64,000 bases of DNA from the NCBI GenBank assembly GCA_050084985.1, contig JBITNC010000001.1, positions 19,344,001 through 19,408,000 of the forward strand, written 5' to 3'. Shown here in pieces: positions 1-14,269 of this stretch. A program made the position numbers and the translations under genes. The DNA comes from Nageia nagi (Eukaryota > Plantae > Pinophyta). The first letter of the stretch is position 1. Every line of letters starts with the position of its first letter. The notes beneath the pieces were generated by a model. It did no database searches. It saw nothing but the letters and a program-made list of their open reading frames with translations, and was not told the origin of the DNA.

Positions 1-757
1 TTATATTTTTATATTGGGAATATAAAAAACTTTTAATAATGGAAAAAAATGGTCTCCCTAAGTTAATAAATATAATGCATCATGATATTCCATACATGAA
101 AAATTAGATCATATCTCAAAATTAGAAGGTTAACTTTGAAAACTATTACTATTTCTAACATTAAAATAATTAAACAACTTTAATCAAAATACTTAAGTTA
201 AATGTTAGGGTTCCATCGATATGATTTTTCCAAAAAACTTAATTCAAACAAGTTTCAATAGATCATAAGCAAATATATCCTTCAAACAAATTTCTTTTCA
301 ATTCAATTAATTTCAATAGAAAGGAGAAGCTTTTAAATCATAGAAAACACTTGATCAATTGGAAAAAATCAAAATGTCCACAAAGAAAACTACAAATGAA
401 CCTTTCCAACAAAACTTGCAAAAAAATAAAAATTAAGTATATCTATTGTATCTCTCAAAAATTGTTTATGTAAAGGTATATATTTTTATTACCATGTTTA
501 TAATTTTAGAAATATCTATGTCTATCACTTTTATGCATTTAACCAAGACTCTCTCTTTTGTGTACTTAATTAGGGCATTATCATTTCAAAATCAAGAATA
601 CATGCAATAGTCATCATAAATCATTTGTGTATATGATCACTATATCATCTTATCATTATATCATCATAAATCCTCCTTGCACTTGATCATCATATAATAT
701 GGTTCTCAGTATGAATGATTTCCTTTAACATCCTTTAAACCTAGAGGTTTGTAACAC

Positions 758-760
<3 letters not shown>

Positions 761-812
<52 letters not shown>
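761..812. repeat. (TG)26 microsatellite
   Basis: Uninterrupted TG dinucleotide run. Confidence 0.97.
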
Positions 813-813
<1 letters not shown>

Positions 814-1949
814 ACGTCAAGTTTTTTTTTGTTATCTAAATATAAGAATCCATGGATCAAGTTGTAATTACAAATATCCTTATAGGTTTGTCTAATAATT
901 TTGTAACATGGGTAGATAATAAGAAAATAAGCCTCATCTTATATGGCATTTAGGTTACAAAGTTTAAAAATTCTTTTATCCTATGATGCTTTTGATATTG
1001 TTTATCTACTAGTTTCACTATTTAATCAATATAAATTAGTTCTTAGCTTTGCAATCATAAGATTCTTTTTAAACTAGTAATCTTATGTTCATAAGATAGA
1101 TATGTTCAAGTTTTGGATTAATGATGTTTTTATAATAGAATTATTTTATTTTATTTTTTATATTATCGTTGCTTCAAAAAATTTGAATTACTTTATTTGT
1201 GATCTATACTTTTAATTTTTCATTATGAAATTTGATATGTTATTGTGTATGCCTCAAAATCAAACCACTTATCAAAGTATTTTAGAAAACATCTTTTAAT
1301 ATGATGAATTAGGAAAGTTTGTTAGGTGATTAAAGATAGTCTATGATGATCTAACTTTGTTAGTTTATAATTGCATAATGTATATCATTCTAGAGCTTTG
1401 CTTTCAATAAGGAGTATACCATATTCCATGAGAAAGATAGGGTATGGTGTGTTATTTTTAAATATAAAGTTATAAACAATGAATTATTTTTTATTTTTAT
1501 CAATTTCATTACATGTTTTTCTAGAAATATTTCCACCCCAAAATTCATAACTATAGACTAGAGTTATAAGGCAAGAGAAAAGAGTTTTCTTTTTATCCCA
1601 GTTACAAAGTCTCACATTTTGACACTTATTTTCCAAACCATAAAAAGCTTTCCAACCAAAAAATATTATTTTCCAACTCTTAGATTCTAATTTAAATTAG
1701 TTTATGATTACTATCTATGACTACGTATATGTAATAGTCAAACACCTCTAAGGGTTGAACATTAAAGAAGGTTGTAGGGTGAATCATATTTTAAGTTTAA
1801 TTATAATAATTTTAATTTTATCTACATTAATTGTTAAATCAGATATATTACAAAATTTTTGAAGGATATTAAATAATTTTCTAATATCATTATAATGTTT
1901 AACTAAAATGACAATATATTATACATAAAGTAAGAGAATAATGATGATG

Positions 1950-2460
1950 TTATGAAGATTGATACCTATATATCTTGCTTCTTTAGAAATTTTTCTAGTT
2001 GATTTATGTAAATTCTAAAAATAATTGGAGATAGAAAGCATCTTTGTTTAACACCAATATTTCAACTAATTTTCTCAAGCCATCCCATGTTAGTTTTAAA
2101 TGTAGCGATAATGTACTTATAAAGCCCATAAACAACCACTATTAATTCATATGTATTTATAAGTCAAACAAATACTTTAAAAGTTTACCCATGGTACTAA
2201 TATCAAAGGCTTTTCTAAAATCCACAAAGAAAGTAAATAGATATTGTTTATCATTTTGACAGTTTTTTATAATAATTTTAAAAGTGAGAATGTGATCAAT
2301 TGTTAAATATTTGTTTCTAAAATCAGTTTGACCTATAGTTCTGCAAGATGTTGAAAAAGTAATATTTACAAGATGGAAATCCGTCTATGGCTTATAACAT
2401 AAATGTAAGGATGTAGGACTTTGGAATTGGGCAAAAAGAAAATTCTTTTTTCCTACATTG
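1950..2460 (-). mobile_element. Decayed non-LTR (LINE) reverse-transcriptase fragment
   Basis: Minus strand reads FVDFRKAFD (about 2203-2229) and NIGVKQRCFLSPIIFRIYINQLEKFL (about 1990-2065), matching RT motifs F.DF.KAFD and GVKQG..LSP. Many stops. Ends approximate. Confidence 0.7.
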
Positions 2461-5249
2461 TAACTTTGGTATTTCTTTATGGTTGTGAATTTTTGGGATG
2501 GAAGTATTTCCTAGAAAATTTAAATAAAATTAAGCAAATTCAAAAAAAAACATTCTTTATAATTTAAAAATTAAGAATAATATACCATATTCTATATATA
2601 CTTCTCATGGGAGATGGTTTACTTTCCATTGAAAGTGAGGCCTTAAAATGATATACATTATAAAATTCTAATCTTTCAAAACTATATCACCTTAGATTAC
2701 TTGTGTTCAACCAAAAAACTTACCCAACTCATCATCTTAAAATATGTTGGCTGAAAGAATTTGATAAATGGATCAATTTTTAGGGCTTCCACAACATCAT
2801 CCCCTCTAATAGTGAAAAATAGAAATGCAAATCATAAATAAAGTAATTTAAAAAATTTGGAATGATTAAAACATCAAATATGCGATAATTTTAAGGTCAC
2901 CATGCTCTAAGGAAGGTGACAATGGCATGAGTTATGATACTATATTATAATTTTGAGGATCACTAGGTTGCAAACCTAGAAAATTGTAATATAATGCTCT
3001 AATATCATTGAAGAATTTGTAGGTTTGCCAAACTTCATGTGTTGATGAACTCCCTCAGATGTTGGTGAACTTTGATAGCAACCTTTATTTCCATGTCTAA
3101 AGGATTTTTAAGAGATTAAGAATCTCTATTGATTTTAAGACTCTGTTGAAGTTGTACTAAATTCTGTTGATGCTCCAATAACTGGAGAACTCTTTTATCG
3201 ATATGCAATGTGAAAATATTATATTATGAATATCCTCATCTCTAATATAAATAAATACAAAATCTAATAATATTCATAAGATTTGATATAGTTCAAATAT
3301 ACATTTCCAATGAGCACTCATATGCCTAAAATGAAGTTATATATCTTCAACAATATATATTTTAAGTTAGAGTTGCCAAGCTGCCAAAATTAAGATGACT
3401 AGGAAATGTGGCGACCAATGTAAATATGACAACAAATTCTACCAAAACAAATCATAAAAGTATAACTTATGATACATGGTTATGAATTTATCAAATATCC
3501 CTTTCCAATGATATATCATATCGCTAAAACGGATGAGCATATCTCTAGCGAATAGGGTCTGAAGTTGAGGTTACTTGTCGATCAACAACTGGAGTTGTTT
3601 GCCAATTATAAAGTCACATTAAAAGTGCTATAACTTTGGATATTCTATAGAAAATTTTGTTAGGTAATATATAGTTGGAAATATGTAGAAATTAGCTTTC
3701 TAATAAAGAAATACCCATAAAATTTAGAGTAAAGGAACTTTGGTGGTTTTAGCAAGTTGCACATAAGGGCAATAAGAATATCACACAAATATTTCATTTC
3801 TCAAAGGATATGCCAAGTGTTATATATTAATGGAAATTAGATAAATACCACTTTCCAAATCTTTAAGAATCAGCTCAAGAGGATGGACACATCTCTAGCA
3901 ACATGAAATCCCATCACTCTAAAAATTATATGGATTAAGTTGATTGTGTATGGAAAAACATAGATGAAGGGTGGAGGATGTTACACAAAGTGTAGATGCC
4001 TAAAAATGATTTATTATTTATTTAATAAATCCTATTGTATACTTCTCTAAATATTAAAAGCAATATTACATATGCCAAGATAAAGTTGATATTACAATGC
4101 AATGCCATGTGTTATATTAAATGCAATATCATTTATCATGGTTCATAATCTAAAATATCTTGAATACAACAAATATTATACTATTTATATGAGTCAACTT
4201 TCACTCCTTGTAGGTTATAAATGGAGGAGTTAGAGGTTGACATTCCTATCGAAACTCTCTAATAGGTGATTGTCCCATACATCATACTTATAGTGTCTCT
4301 AGATGCCACCTATTCGAGGATCTATTATGCTCTGAACTTTTATTACATGTTATATTTTATGCATGATCTAATTTCTAGGTTTTATGGAATCAACATCATA
4401 GATTTCGCATGCCATCCATAGTGTATTTCCTTACAATCCAGAGCTACAGACAAAATAGGTGACATTCACTAGTCCATGTTGTCAAATATCATCATCAAGT
4501 TTGCTTCTGGTCCTATCCAAACCTTTGAATGCCCTTGCCATACCTTGAGGATTGCTTTATCATAATTAGGTGCACACTTTTCATTTATAAATCATTATAT
4601 TTGAATAAGTATCATCTTAGTAGACTTATTTTGTGTTTATATTATTATTTACACAATTTAGGATATACACAAAGTATGAGTTATATATATCATTGGAAAG
4701 GTATAAATAAGGCATTTCCAAATATGAAATACCCATAACCAAATGATATGTGAGGTGAAAGAAATAGCCCTCGAAATCTATTGGTTTTACTATGGAATAC
4801 ACAACAAAAATGTTTTTCTATAGGATGATCATAGAGAATAAAAAAGAATGGAAACTCAATCAATAAATGCCATAGAAGGAGTGGAATGTTTCTTATATTT
4901 ATATGAATTAATGTTAAATACTACATACTTTAGAAATTACATGGGTGTTCTCCACATCCAAAATTATGTCGATTTAGTGGAGCTATGATACCCAACATCA
5001 CCATGCACCAAAGAGATGTGTTATGGCATTCTTAGTGGTTCAAAATATAAATACCAAACTATTGTTGTAAGGATAAGCAGAATCATTAGTTGGGTAGACC
5101 TCAAGGATCGCCAACAAATCCATGAAGGCTTAAACAATCACTAGACTATCTCTGCATCTCTCTACGATGAATTGCAAGGATTCAACTATGAACCTCATGG
5201 GTCCATCTATGTAGCTCTTGTAGGATTCAAAAGATTACATCTAGCAATC

Positions 5250-5900
5250 CATAAGGGCTCATCTGGAAAAAGAGAATGATATGTGGTGCCATGTGGCACC
5301 CACAAGTTATTGTAAAAGAATACACCTCTCTACTCCATATGTAGAGGAGTCTTTAGCTAAGCCACAATGGTGATTGGTAGTGACACACATTGGTTGAAAC
5401 AAATACAACTATTTATACAAAAATAAACTCCATGACTTAGTGATTATGTGTATCAAAATTCATGTATCATAGTTATTTATGTGGAGTGGTCATTGGATTT
5501 TTTGTAGGGGTTACAAAATGTACTATAGATGTTGAAATGTCAAATGATTCCTTAACGTACTATGGGAGAGTACACTGTTAAGGAGAAGTAATGGCTTGGC
5601 AATGGTGTGTTCTATAAGATAGCATTGTATGCATTGGAGTCTATTAGAAATATTTTTCAACTCGTTATCTAAACATGTTGTGTGGTAGAGTGTTCTAATC
5701 ACTAATTTGGGATGGAGATCATTCTTACCCACACAAGGATCTGTCAGCAAGTTTGATGCGGATCTCTTATTTCTACCATTACAAGGAGTATGTGACACAT
5801 AAATATGTTCACCAAATTGTTGCAAATTGAAATTGGAGGGTACATAGTTGGAACATCTCATGCAAATTTTTATATTTCTACATGGTGTGGAAGATGACAT
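5250..5900 (-). mobile_element. Possible highly decayed Ty3/gypsy integrase remnant
   Basis: Only a faint LCV-like/zinc-finger-region resemblance across frames. The listed ORF 5523-5900 is not a coherent protein. Confidence 0.3.
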
Positions 5901-5959
5901 ATAGAATTAATTCTTCCACCCCAAAAATAAAACATTGCAACATTACAATTGAGAAAACT

Positions 5960-6350
5960 AAATTTCCTTCTCAAAGATGAGAGAAAAATATCTTACTATA
6001 AAATATCATTAATCCAAAACTTGAATATCCTTTATATCCACATAAAATTATTAATTTCAAAAATAAACTTCCGATTGCAAAATTAAGAACTAATTTACAT
6101 GAAATCCATAATGAAACTATTAGATGGATAGTACCAAAAACACCTTGGGATAAAAGAATTTGTAAATTTTGTAACCAAAATACCATAGAATATGAGACTA
6201 ATTTTCCCTTTTTTACCCACTCTACAAAGACATAAGAGAAAACTATAAAGGTATTTGTGATTATAGCTTAATCCACAAATTCTTGAACTAAGATAATGAA
6301 AATAAGCTTGATGATTTTATTATACATCTTAATTATATGAGAAATAATCA
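5960..6350 (+). mobile_element. 3' fragment of a non-L1 LINE ORF2 (C-terminal Cys-rich region)
   Basis: Plus strand reads IINPKLEY...IAKLRTNLHEIHNETIRWIVPKTPWDKRICKFCNQNTIEYE, matching the LRT.SH.L..ETGRW...R.C..C...EDE.H pattern at the C-terminus of RTE-X/L2-type LINEs. Confidence 0.7.
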
Positions 6351-7999
6351 TTCAAATACTTGATTTTTTTTTCTTGTTTGGAAAAATTTTGGTAAGTCTT
6401 ACAAACTTTTGGGTTTAAAAGGATGGTAAAAGGCATATCATATCATCTCTTGAATTATTTTCATCAAGCCAATTGTTAATTTTCATTTCTATCATACTAC
6501 CATTGAGTTTGGCAAGTATAGAACATATCATAATAGTTCTATAATTTGAGTTATTTTTGTCCCCAATTTTGTGTGTAGGAACAATTAAACTTATAGTCCT
6601 TTATTTAGGGAATCCTTCTATAACAAGTGATCATCAAAAATCCTCTACGTGGATGATCAATATCATGTATATCAATGTTTACCATGTTATGTTTATCATG
6701 TCTTAGTTATATCTTTTATACTGATAAGGGTGTACCTTATCACTATCAAGGATTACAAATGTCTCTCATGCTACCCTCTTCAACATCTTCTCCACTACAA
6801 AACTATTCTTTTCAGAGTATCATTTTATTTTGAGATCCTTATTTCAACTAAGATTTTCACAAGCAAATCCCAAGCAAAAAAGGTAAAAGGTAAAGTGAAA
6901 ACAAATCACACCAAGTTAAAGGTACATTTCCCATCATCACGAAAGTGCATCAATATCAATAACATATTTCTCTCTTATCACTTTAGGAATGTGGTGTCAA
7001 GTATATCCACCACATCCCTGAAGGGGGGGGAATGTAAAAAACTAAATTTTATTTTTGTATTAAATCAAAAACATAATTAGGTATTTAGAAAAGATAAATC
7101 ATTTGAAAGTAAAATAACAATGAAATAAATTCAAATTACAATATCATGTTATCATGGTCAAGGTGAATTTAAATATCATATTATAAAAGGCAAATACTAT
7201 TTCATTTTAAAGTACTTAAACACTTGATTGATCACCTCTCTTGACAAGAACATGAGCTAGGCTCTCCAAGATCATCAACAAAAAGCAAAATAATTCAAAC
7301 AAGATTGTTATACCTCCACATCAAGTTGAATGCAATTTCATGTTCTTATGGATTGATTTAAGCCTTATCAAAGGAATTGACACCATATATAGAATCTTAA
7401 GACTTCATGCAACTCCTATAACTTCTAAAAGACCTAAATTCTTCAAAATTAAGGCTACCATTGATCTAATCATTTTGGCTTTAGGCTAATATTAACCTGA
7501 AAACTAGGGCTTCTAAACCCCTTATTAGTTTAATCAACCTAGTCCTTCATTATCGATTTAAGATAATGTGATGGTTTATTAGGTTTTGTTTTTAACATAC
7601 AAGTGGGGTTTGGTAGACTTGATCCTCATTGAAGTTGGTCCTAATGCCCTAAAACATCTAAGATAAGCATGGATCCCTCCCAAAACCCTAATTTGATAAC
7701 ATTAATTTGGTTGAATATCATTAGCTTATACCCTAAAAGAGTTAATATCATTCATTGTTTATATATTTTTCATTCATTAATAGAATAGCAATTTGTGAAT
7801 TATATTATTGCAATTGCACTTTATTTTGTCTACACTTACCAAAACCTTGATACATAAACTCTAGTATTTCTCGTTTCTTTAATTGTAGAGGCTAAAATTA
7901 TCCAATAGTAAATATTACAAAACCTTTGATACCAAACTCTTAACATTTCCTCCATCTCTTCATTGTATCCTTATATCACTCATTATAATACTTTCCACA

Positions 8000-8250
8000 C
8001 TTGACCTTTAATGCATATGTTGCCACCAAAGACATTAGAAGCATCCCTACTAACGATAAGTGTTTTCATCCTTAAACGCCAATATCCATACCTTTCTTCA
8101 TTAAAACTTGGTATTCAAAACAAAGATGTATTATTTATGCTTGAAAACATTGCTTTTACAACTTGACAATCAAGTTCTCTTAACAAAAAATAACATAACA
8201 CAAGTTCCCTCACACCAACCACAAGTATATGTGGCTTCTATACCATTTCA
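8000..8250 (-). mobile_element. Ty1/copia 5' remnant (degenerate PBS plus gag N-terminus)
   Basis: Minus strand TGGTATAGAAGCC (PBS-like, about 8233-8245) followed by PSFNEERYGYWRLRMKTLI, resembling the copia gag N-terminal F.G.NY..W...M motif. Confidence 0.5.
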
Positions 8251-9180
8251 TATAATACATTAGAATAAAATTAGAATTCAACACATATTACAACATAAAA
8301 CAAGTTAAAAAAAAAAAAAAAAAACTTTAGATACAAGAGATGAGATTGTTGAAATGTGCACAAATTAAATTGAAATTGAAATTTGATATTAATATCCATT
8401 AGTGACCAAAAAAAATGGTCAATGGGACTGTAGAAAAATACATATAAGAATAGAAGATAAGTGCCTAAGGTGAATCCAATGTTTAAAAGTGAGAAGTAAA
8501 CAAAGAAAAAATGTCAAATCCAATAGTTTTGATGAGGAAAAAAGTATGTATATGGAGGGTCAATGATCTCCAACATTCAAGGTTAGAAAGAAATTTATGA
8601 TGTTGCAACCAAAGAAAATAACCTTAGTGACTTTAGTAGTAATGCATCAACAAATAGACCTTCCATATTCTTAAAGGATCATGGTATGCTTCCAATTCTA
8701 AGCTTCTTTTGGTTGAAAGAAAGATGTGATAAGTCTAGTACTTGTTATGCTACAAGATCTATCGATGATCACTTTCTTAGGTGGGTGGCTTCTCTAATAT
8801 AAAGTGCAATGCATATTTTATCTTTGTAGTTTATCTATGTTTTTAAAGTATGATCACCTCTAAATAAGCAATGTAAACAAACTCGAATTTCATAGTAGAC
8901 AAAGCAAATGAATATGAAATGCTCTTCAATCTTTGGTTCCACTATGCTTAGTTTGCATATGCATTGGTCTTTAGGGATATGGTGGTATGTCTCGATATGA
9001 AGTTGGTATGAGCAAACCCTTATCTGATCAAGAGGGAATCGAAGATCGTGTAATGTGTAGTTTCATGTAATCAAGGATGACAATAGCACCATTCTCCAAT
9101 TTCATGAAAACTTGAAAATAACATAAGAGTTTTGATGAAAGCAATTATTTTTTATTCAATCCAAGTTGTCCTCAAGTCAA

Positions 9181-10145
9181 GGGTAAGTGCAAGAAGTTGA
9201 ATCCCACTTTGAAGGAAGTCTTATGAATTGCTAGGTTTTTGTATTTGATTAATAACTTCATATTTTTGTGGAATTATGAAAAAATATATGTACACAATAT
9301 GCATACAATTCTTCACAAGTTAAATAAAAAATAAATTAAAAATGATAAATTTTATTCAAATTATGCTTGTCAGACACGAGCATTTTTCAAAACGAGTCAT
9401 GACCAATAAAAAATAAAATATTCATGAAAAAAATGTTAAAAAATATCCTCCACAATCTTTAACGTCTTAGGTACCTTTAACCAAAAGGATTTAAAAAAAA
9501 TATTTTAATTTAGGTCCAATTATGATTGATGGATACGATGGGTATGATCATGAAATTCTATTTTTTAACAATGGGTTTTGTATTTGTTTTATAACTTTTT
9601 ATTTTTTGGAATTGTGACAAAAATAATATATGTGCACAATTTGCATACAATTCTTCATAAGATGAAAAAAAATAAATAAATAAAAATGATAAATTTAGGT
9701 CAAATTATACTTGCCGGACAAGAGCAATTTTCGAAATGGTAATCATGGTCAATAGAAAATAAAATATTTATGAAAAAATTATAAAAAAATATCCTCCACA
9801 ATCTTTAATGTCATATATTTTCCTAAAAGGATTTTAAAATATATTTTAATTTAGGTCTAATTATGCTTGTCGTACACGATAGAAGTATGGTCTTGAAACT
9901 GTATTTTTTAAAAAGTAGCTTTTAAACATCCTACTAAATATTAATTTCTATCATCTGGGTATTAGAATAAATTACATATTTGAAAACTAAACTTTGAGAA
10001 CAACATATTTACCTAAGTGACATTTTTCAAAAATCAAACTCTTAAGTGCTTCAAATTGTGAAATCAATTATGAGAAAACCTAAAAATTAGAGAAAACACT
10101 TTCACTTTTTGGCCAAAAGTGAGACTCATCTTCTTGCACTTACCC
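9181..10145. mobile_element. Non-autonomous TIR element (MITE-like, possibly Mutator-type), 965 bp
   Basis: About 30-bp terminal inverted repeats GGGTAAGTGCAAGAAG(T/A)TGA(A/G)TC(C/T)CACTTT with 3 mismatches. Flanks TCAAGTCAA and TCAAGTATA (TSD status ambiguous). AT-rich non-coding interior. Confidence 0.8.
9234..9913. repeat. About 340-bp x2 tandem duplication inside the TIR element
   Basis: Units start near 9234 and 9573, sharing e.g. GCATACAATTCTTCA, AATATCCTCCACAATCTTTAA and TATTTTAATTTAGGTC. Confidence 0.85.
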
Positions 10146-11113
10146 TCAAGTATATTTCCTCATTGATCCTTTTGTTGTTATCTCTAATAGAGTTAGAGGT
10201 CTTATCTAATAGTTGAAAGGAAGAAAGTCACTAGATATCTAAACTTATGGATCGTAGAAAAGAAATGGTTACTAAGTACCAACACGAACAAATGCTTTTA
10301 CTTGCAAGTTGCATTAAGGATTTGAGAGCTAAAAGAGGGTATATCTTCAAGTCACAAGCAATTGAAATCATGTAATGGATCCTATTCAAAAACCCAATAG
10401 TATGGAATATCACAAAAGTGAACATCAAATATGCATCAAATTCAGCAATGACGATGGAATGATGAACAATTCTTTTGACCCAAATAGATCTTAAGAACAT
10501 GTTGACCAAAATCCTCTTAATGCAGGCCCAACTAGAGTGTTGCAACCTAAGTCCCTAAATTTCACATCAAAGAATTACAACCAATGGCTCAAATATGTTT
10601 GTATATAAGAAAAAAAGCTACACCTTGCACATAAATGCTTCCCCCATGTTATACATGACCTAACATCAATCATACTCATATAATAAGCAATACATTATAG
10701 TTCCTATTCCATCGTACATGAACCAAAGTTTGATCAATTCATAATATGTGTCTAATACATAATCTTTCATAGAAATATAAAGAAAATGCATTTTTATTCA
10801 TAATCACATCTTTACAAAGATTAAATAAACCTACAAAGATATTAGCAATTACAACTATATCTATCAATTTTTAAATTATAATAACCAAAACAAGCTTGAC
10901 AATTTTATTACGCATCTTAATTTTATTATGAAAAAACTATTAATGATTAATTGTTGACAAAATAGTTCAGTAGTGAAAGGACTCCATGATCATTAAAAAC
11001 CACAACATTATTCATTCTCCTAACAATTTGCCAAACATAATAGCTCTAATGAAAAAGCTTCCAGTGATTGAATTGTGAACATAATACTTCAATGGTGAAA
11101 GGACTCCATTGTC

Positions 11114-11158
11114 TTAAAAAACCAAATCACTCATTGTAATCTCCAGGAACGGTGATGA
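11114..11158 (-). CDS. Candidate terminal coding exon of PP1 (SSPFLEITMSDLVF*)
   Basis: Acceptor TCTCCTTGCAG immediately upstream. Phase 0 matches the donor after GVR in exon 3. AATAAA on the minus strand at 10793-10798. No transcript evidence. Confidence 0.45.
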   Translation of the reverse strand, partial: SSPFLEITMSDLVF

Positions 11159-11707
11159 CTGCAAGGAGATTTGAGCTTAATGCTGAGCTTAATTCCGTGA
11201 CAGTTATCTTTGAATATCGTGACACTAATTAGCATCCTCAAAAAGTAAATGATATCAGGTTTTTAAGATGCATCGCATACAATAACCATCAACATAATGA
11301 ATCCTTATGGCCGCATGGCAAACAAAAGACAGATCAGATGACCACAGGTCTGTCTCAAAATATAAATCCATATGGATGAGAAAAGACCCATAAACTACTT
11401 ATTTTACAAAAGAATGATTCAACCAAAATTAAAAAATCATTTATGTTTATTTAATATGTTAGCTTTGAAAGAATAACATTATATCATTAAATCCATGGTA
11501 GTGATGAAAGAATGATATCCTTACTTCAGGAAATCTCTTGGTCTAACAACAAAATTCTCTAAATGTTACTATATTCATAATGACGATTTGTTTTCACCTT
11601 TCACACTATATATAGTCTCTCACAAGGACTTACGCAACCATTCCATGTCTAATTGATATATATTTACAATTTATTTTGAAAAAATCAAACAATCATTCAA
11701 ATATTTA

Positions 11708-11789
11708 ATTAATATATATTTATTTTTGGACAAACTTTGATAGATCCTATTAATATATATTTATTTTTGGACAAACTTTGATAGATCCT
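11708..11789. repeat. Perfect 41-bp x2 tandem duplication
   Basis: ATTAATATATATTTATTTTTGGACAAACTTTGATAGATCCT repeated head to tail. Confidence 0.95.
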
Positions 11790-14269
11790 ACAAACCAAGA
11801 GGTTTACAAAGAAATTTAAAAATTTATCTATATATAATCTCCTAAAATCTAGTACAGGAAAACTTGTATTTCATTTTTTTAATAAGCACATCAAAAGTAA
11901 TTACCTCTTTAATTATTCAACCTAGCAACTACATAATAAAAAAATATTCTTCACTAATAAAAATAAAAGATAAAATCAATGTTTAAAATCCTTTAAACCT
12001 ATTAGTTTGTAAGATCTATCAAGAGTTTTAAAATATCAATGAAATGATGGAAATTGAACTTGAGACCTTCGATGTGAATGCCTTCACACCTCACTTGTCT
12101 CTCAACTCCCTAATAATGTTTGCTAGCAAATCTTCAACAATAGAACATAGAAAGTTATAATTAAGCCTGAATCAGAGGAGCAAACAGTAATATTCATAGC
12201 AGGCATAATGATAGCTCACTTTGTAAGATCATTATCTTCAGTTACCAGGATTAATACAGGACTTTACATTCAATTTTAGCTTTATTATATTTGAAACCAG
12301 AAAATTGAAAATTCAGTTATAAGAGAAAGTATTCGCAAACATTGATCGACCATTGCCTGGACAAAATGAATGATTCATCACATAGAGATGAAATGCCATT
12401 ACATTTTTCTACCAGATGAGAAGGACTTTCAGAGGCTTGGGTATGTAGGCTAACATAATCAAAGATTGTTTGCTGCAACATTTGAGTTTCCAAAGAAAGT
12501 TACGAAGATGACAATATATTGCATCCCCAAAGTCATTACATTTACTAAAGTACGCCTACACACTGAACCACTTGAATTTTTCTATCCTTTTCCCTCTACA
12601 ATCTACTTTCACTATCTTTTTGTCTATATTTTCCCCTTCCTATGATATCCTCTCGTCCTCTTGATTTACTCCATTGTTTCCCAAAATATAAAGCTGAGTT
12701 AAAAAATTCAAAGTAAACACCTTTCTGTTTCTTTTTAGTCCTTTTTGATTATCCAGTGCAGACTGCATCTCACCTAATTTTATTACAAATGATAAAATTA
12801 ATTGCCAAAGCAAAGAAAAAAAAATCTCACTCTATATACGTCTATTCGAATCACAGCAAGACACGGAAAAAACACAAGTAACAAAATTAAGTTAAAAGTG
12901 ATTGTATAGCAAAAAAGAAAAAGAAAAAAGAAAGAGGTAAAACTAGCAGTACTAAGCGAAAAAAGTATGTTTAAATGTCCAAATTCCTATCAATAATGAA
13001 CCTACCACAATAAATAGAATGACTAACAAGACAAACAGTAGAACATTACTCTTTTGAAAGGTGAAACGAAAGTACAGGCCATGAACTACCATTTCCCAAC
13101 TCTCCAAGCAACATCTTGCAATCTGGTTATCAGAGAGTACAGAATAGCAGTTTCTTGTATGCAGTAGTTGTGGTTGTTTAGACAATGCTAAAATACTTGT
13201 CACAATTACAACTTGCATAAATGCTTAAATCAATGCCTTGTGAAAAGTTTTCCCCACATTTGCATCTGCACATGATAATGGATTCAGAGCAGTAAGTCTA
13301 AGACTCCCACAATGCCCAGAGGAGTACCTACCGGTAAGGTAGCACAGTAGTAATACAGATCACAGTTGAAACTGAGACAGTGCATCACACTTTTGTCACT
13401 AATGTACATACAAAAACACATGATTAAGCAACTTGTATGTTTGCAATGCAAACATCTCCAGACATCTGATAACTGCATACATCCAAAACTTAAAAAGAGT
13501 TTTTCCTCAGAGAGTTAATAGATCTTTATAAATTTGACTATAAAAGTAACTTCAAAAAAGTATCACCTTCAGTGAGCTAATATTTTAAACCCAACACCTG
13601 GGTGAAAAATAAAAATGGTTTGTTGCAGGGTCGAAACTATTGTCACTGGCAACCAATCATGCTTAGCCATTATCCACTGGAACCTTTGCACACTGTACAA
13701 GCTATACTTTGGCCCCCAACAATGACTGTCATCATACAACAAACATTTAATATACAAAGCAATTAATAGAACGAAGTAATTACACAAACTTCAATCACAG
13801 TGTACACAGTAGATAAATCTTTACTTTCTTTAATGTTGAATTTGCTTAGAACCTTGTATAACAGCAGCAACAAGCATTACCATATGTTCTACCACAGCCA
13901 GTAGAATTATTAGAGAATGAACTTACGTATTTGTGGAGTTTATTATCAGCAAATGATAATTTGTACAAAAAATAGATAAAAACAGATTCTAAAACTGCCC
14001 ACTTGCGTTATATAACTAGCCCAAAATTTCCAGAGGAAGAAAATTAAAACAAGATATATACAAGACAACAATGATAAAAAAATAAGAGCATATTAAAATA
14101 ATAATAATAGATAATATTCAAAACAGAATACTTATAGTGAAGGTAAAGCATATTCAAGAATGAACCTACAGTTTATTTAATCCATTTAATTAAATGGAAT
14201 ATTATATTCTATAACAGAAGCCTCCATCATCATAAAGGCAAAAGCCTCTTACCACAGCCCATCTACCAC

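Larger units (their letters stand above)
8440..10540 (+). repeat. Ancient interspersed repeat with decayed ORF, copy L (interrupted by a TIR element)
   Basis: Collinear, diverged match to the reverse complement of about 32120-33900 (shared blocks GTGGCTTCTCTAATAT, ACCTCTAAATAAGCAAT, GCAAACCCTTATCTG, AAGAGGGTATATCTTCAA). Family not identified. Confidence 0.75.

Noticed and set aside
1-450. Gypsy RT remnant on the minus strand (FVVFFVDILIFS-like)
   Set aside because: A single weak motif in heavily decayed sequence at the window edge, too little to annotate.
3991-4009. TGTAGATGCCTAAAAATGA shared with 50389 (similar at 62881) as ends of one large element
   Set aside because: Probably starts of separate old LTR relics. 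No matching 3' ends or TSDs could be resolved.
12046-12100. Minus-strand B-box-like AGGTCTCAAGTTCAATTTCC
   Set aside because: No A-box, tail or TSD identified, so at most a tiny SINE relic.
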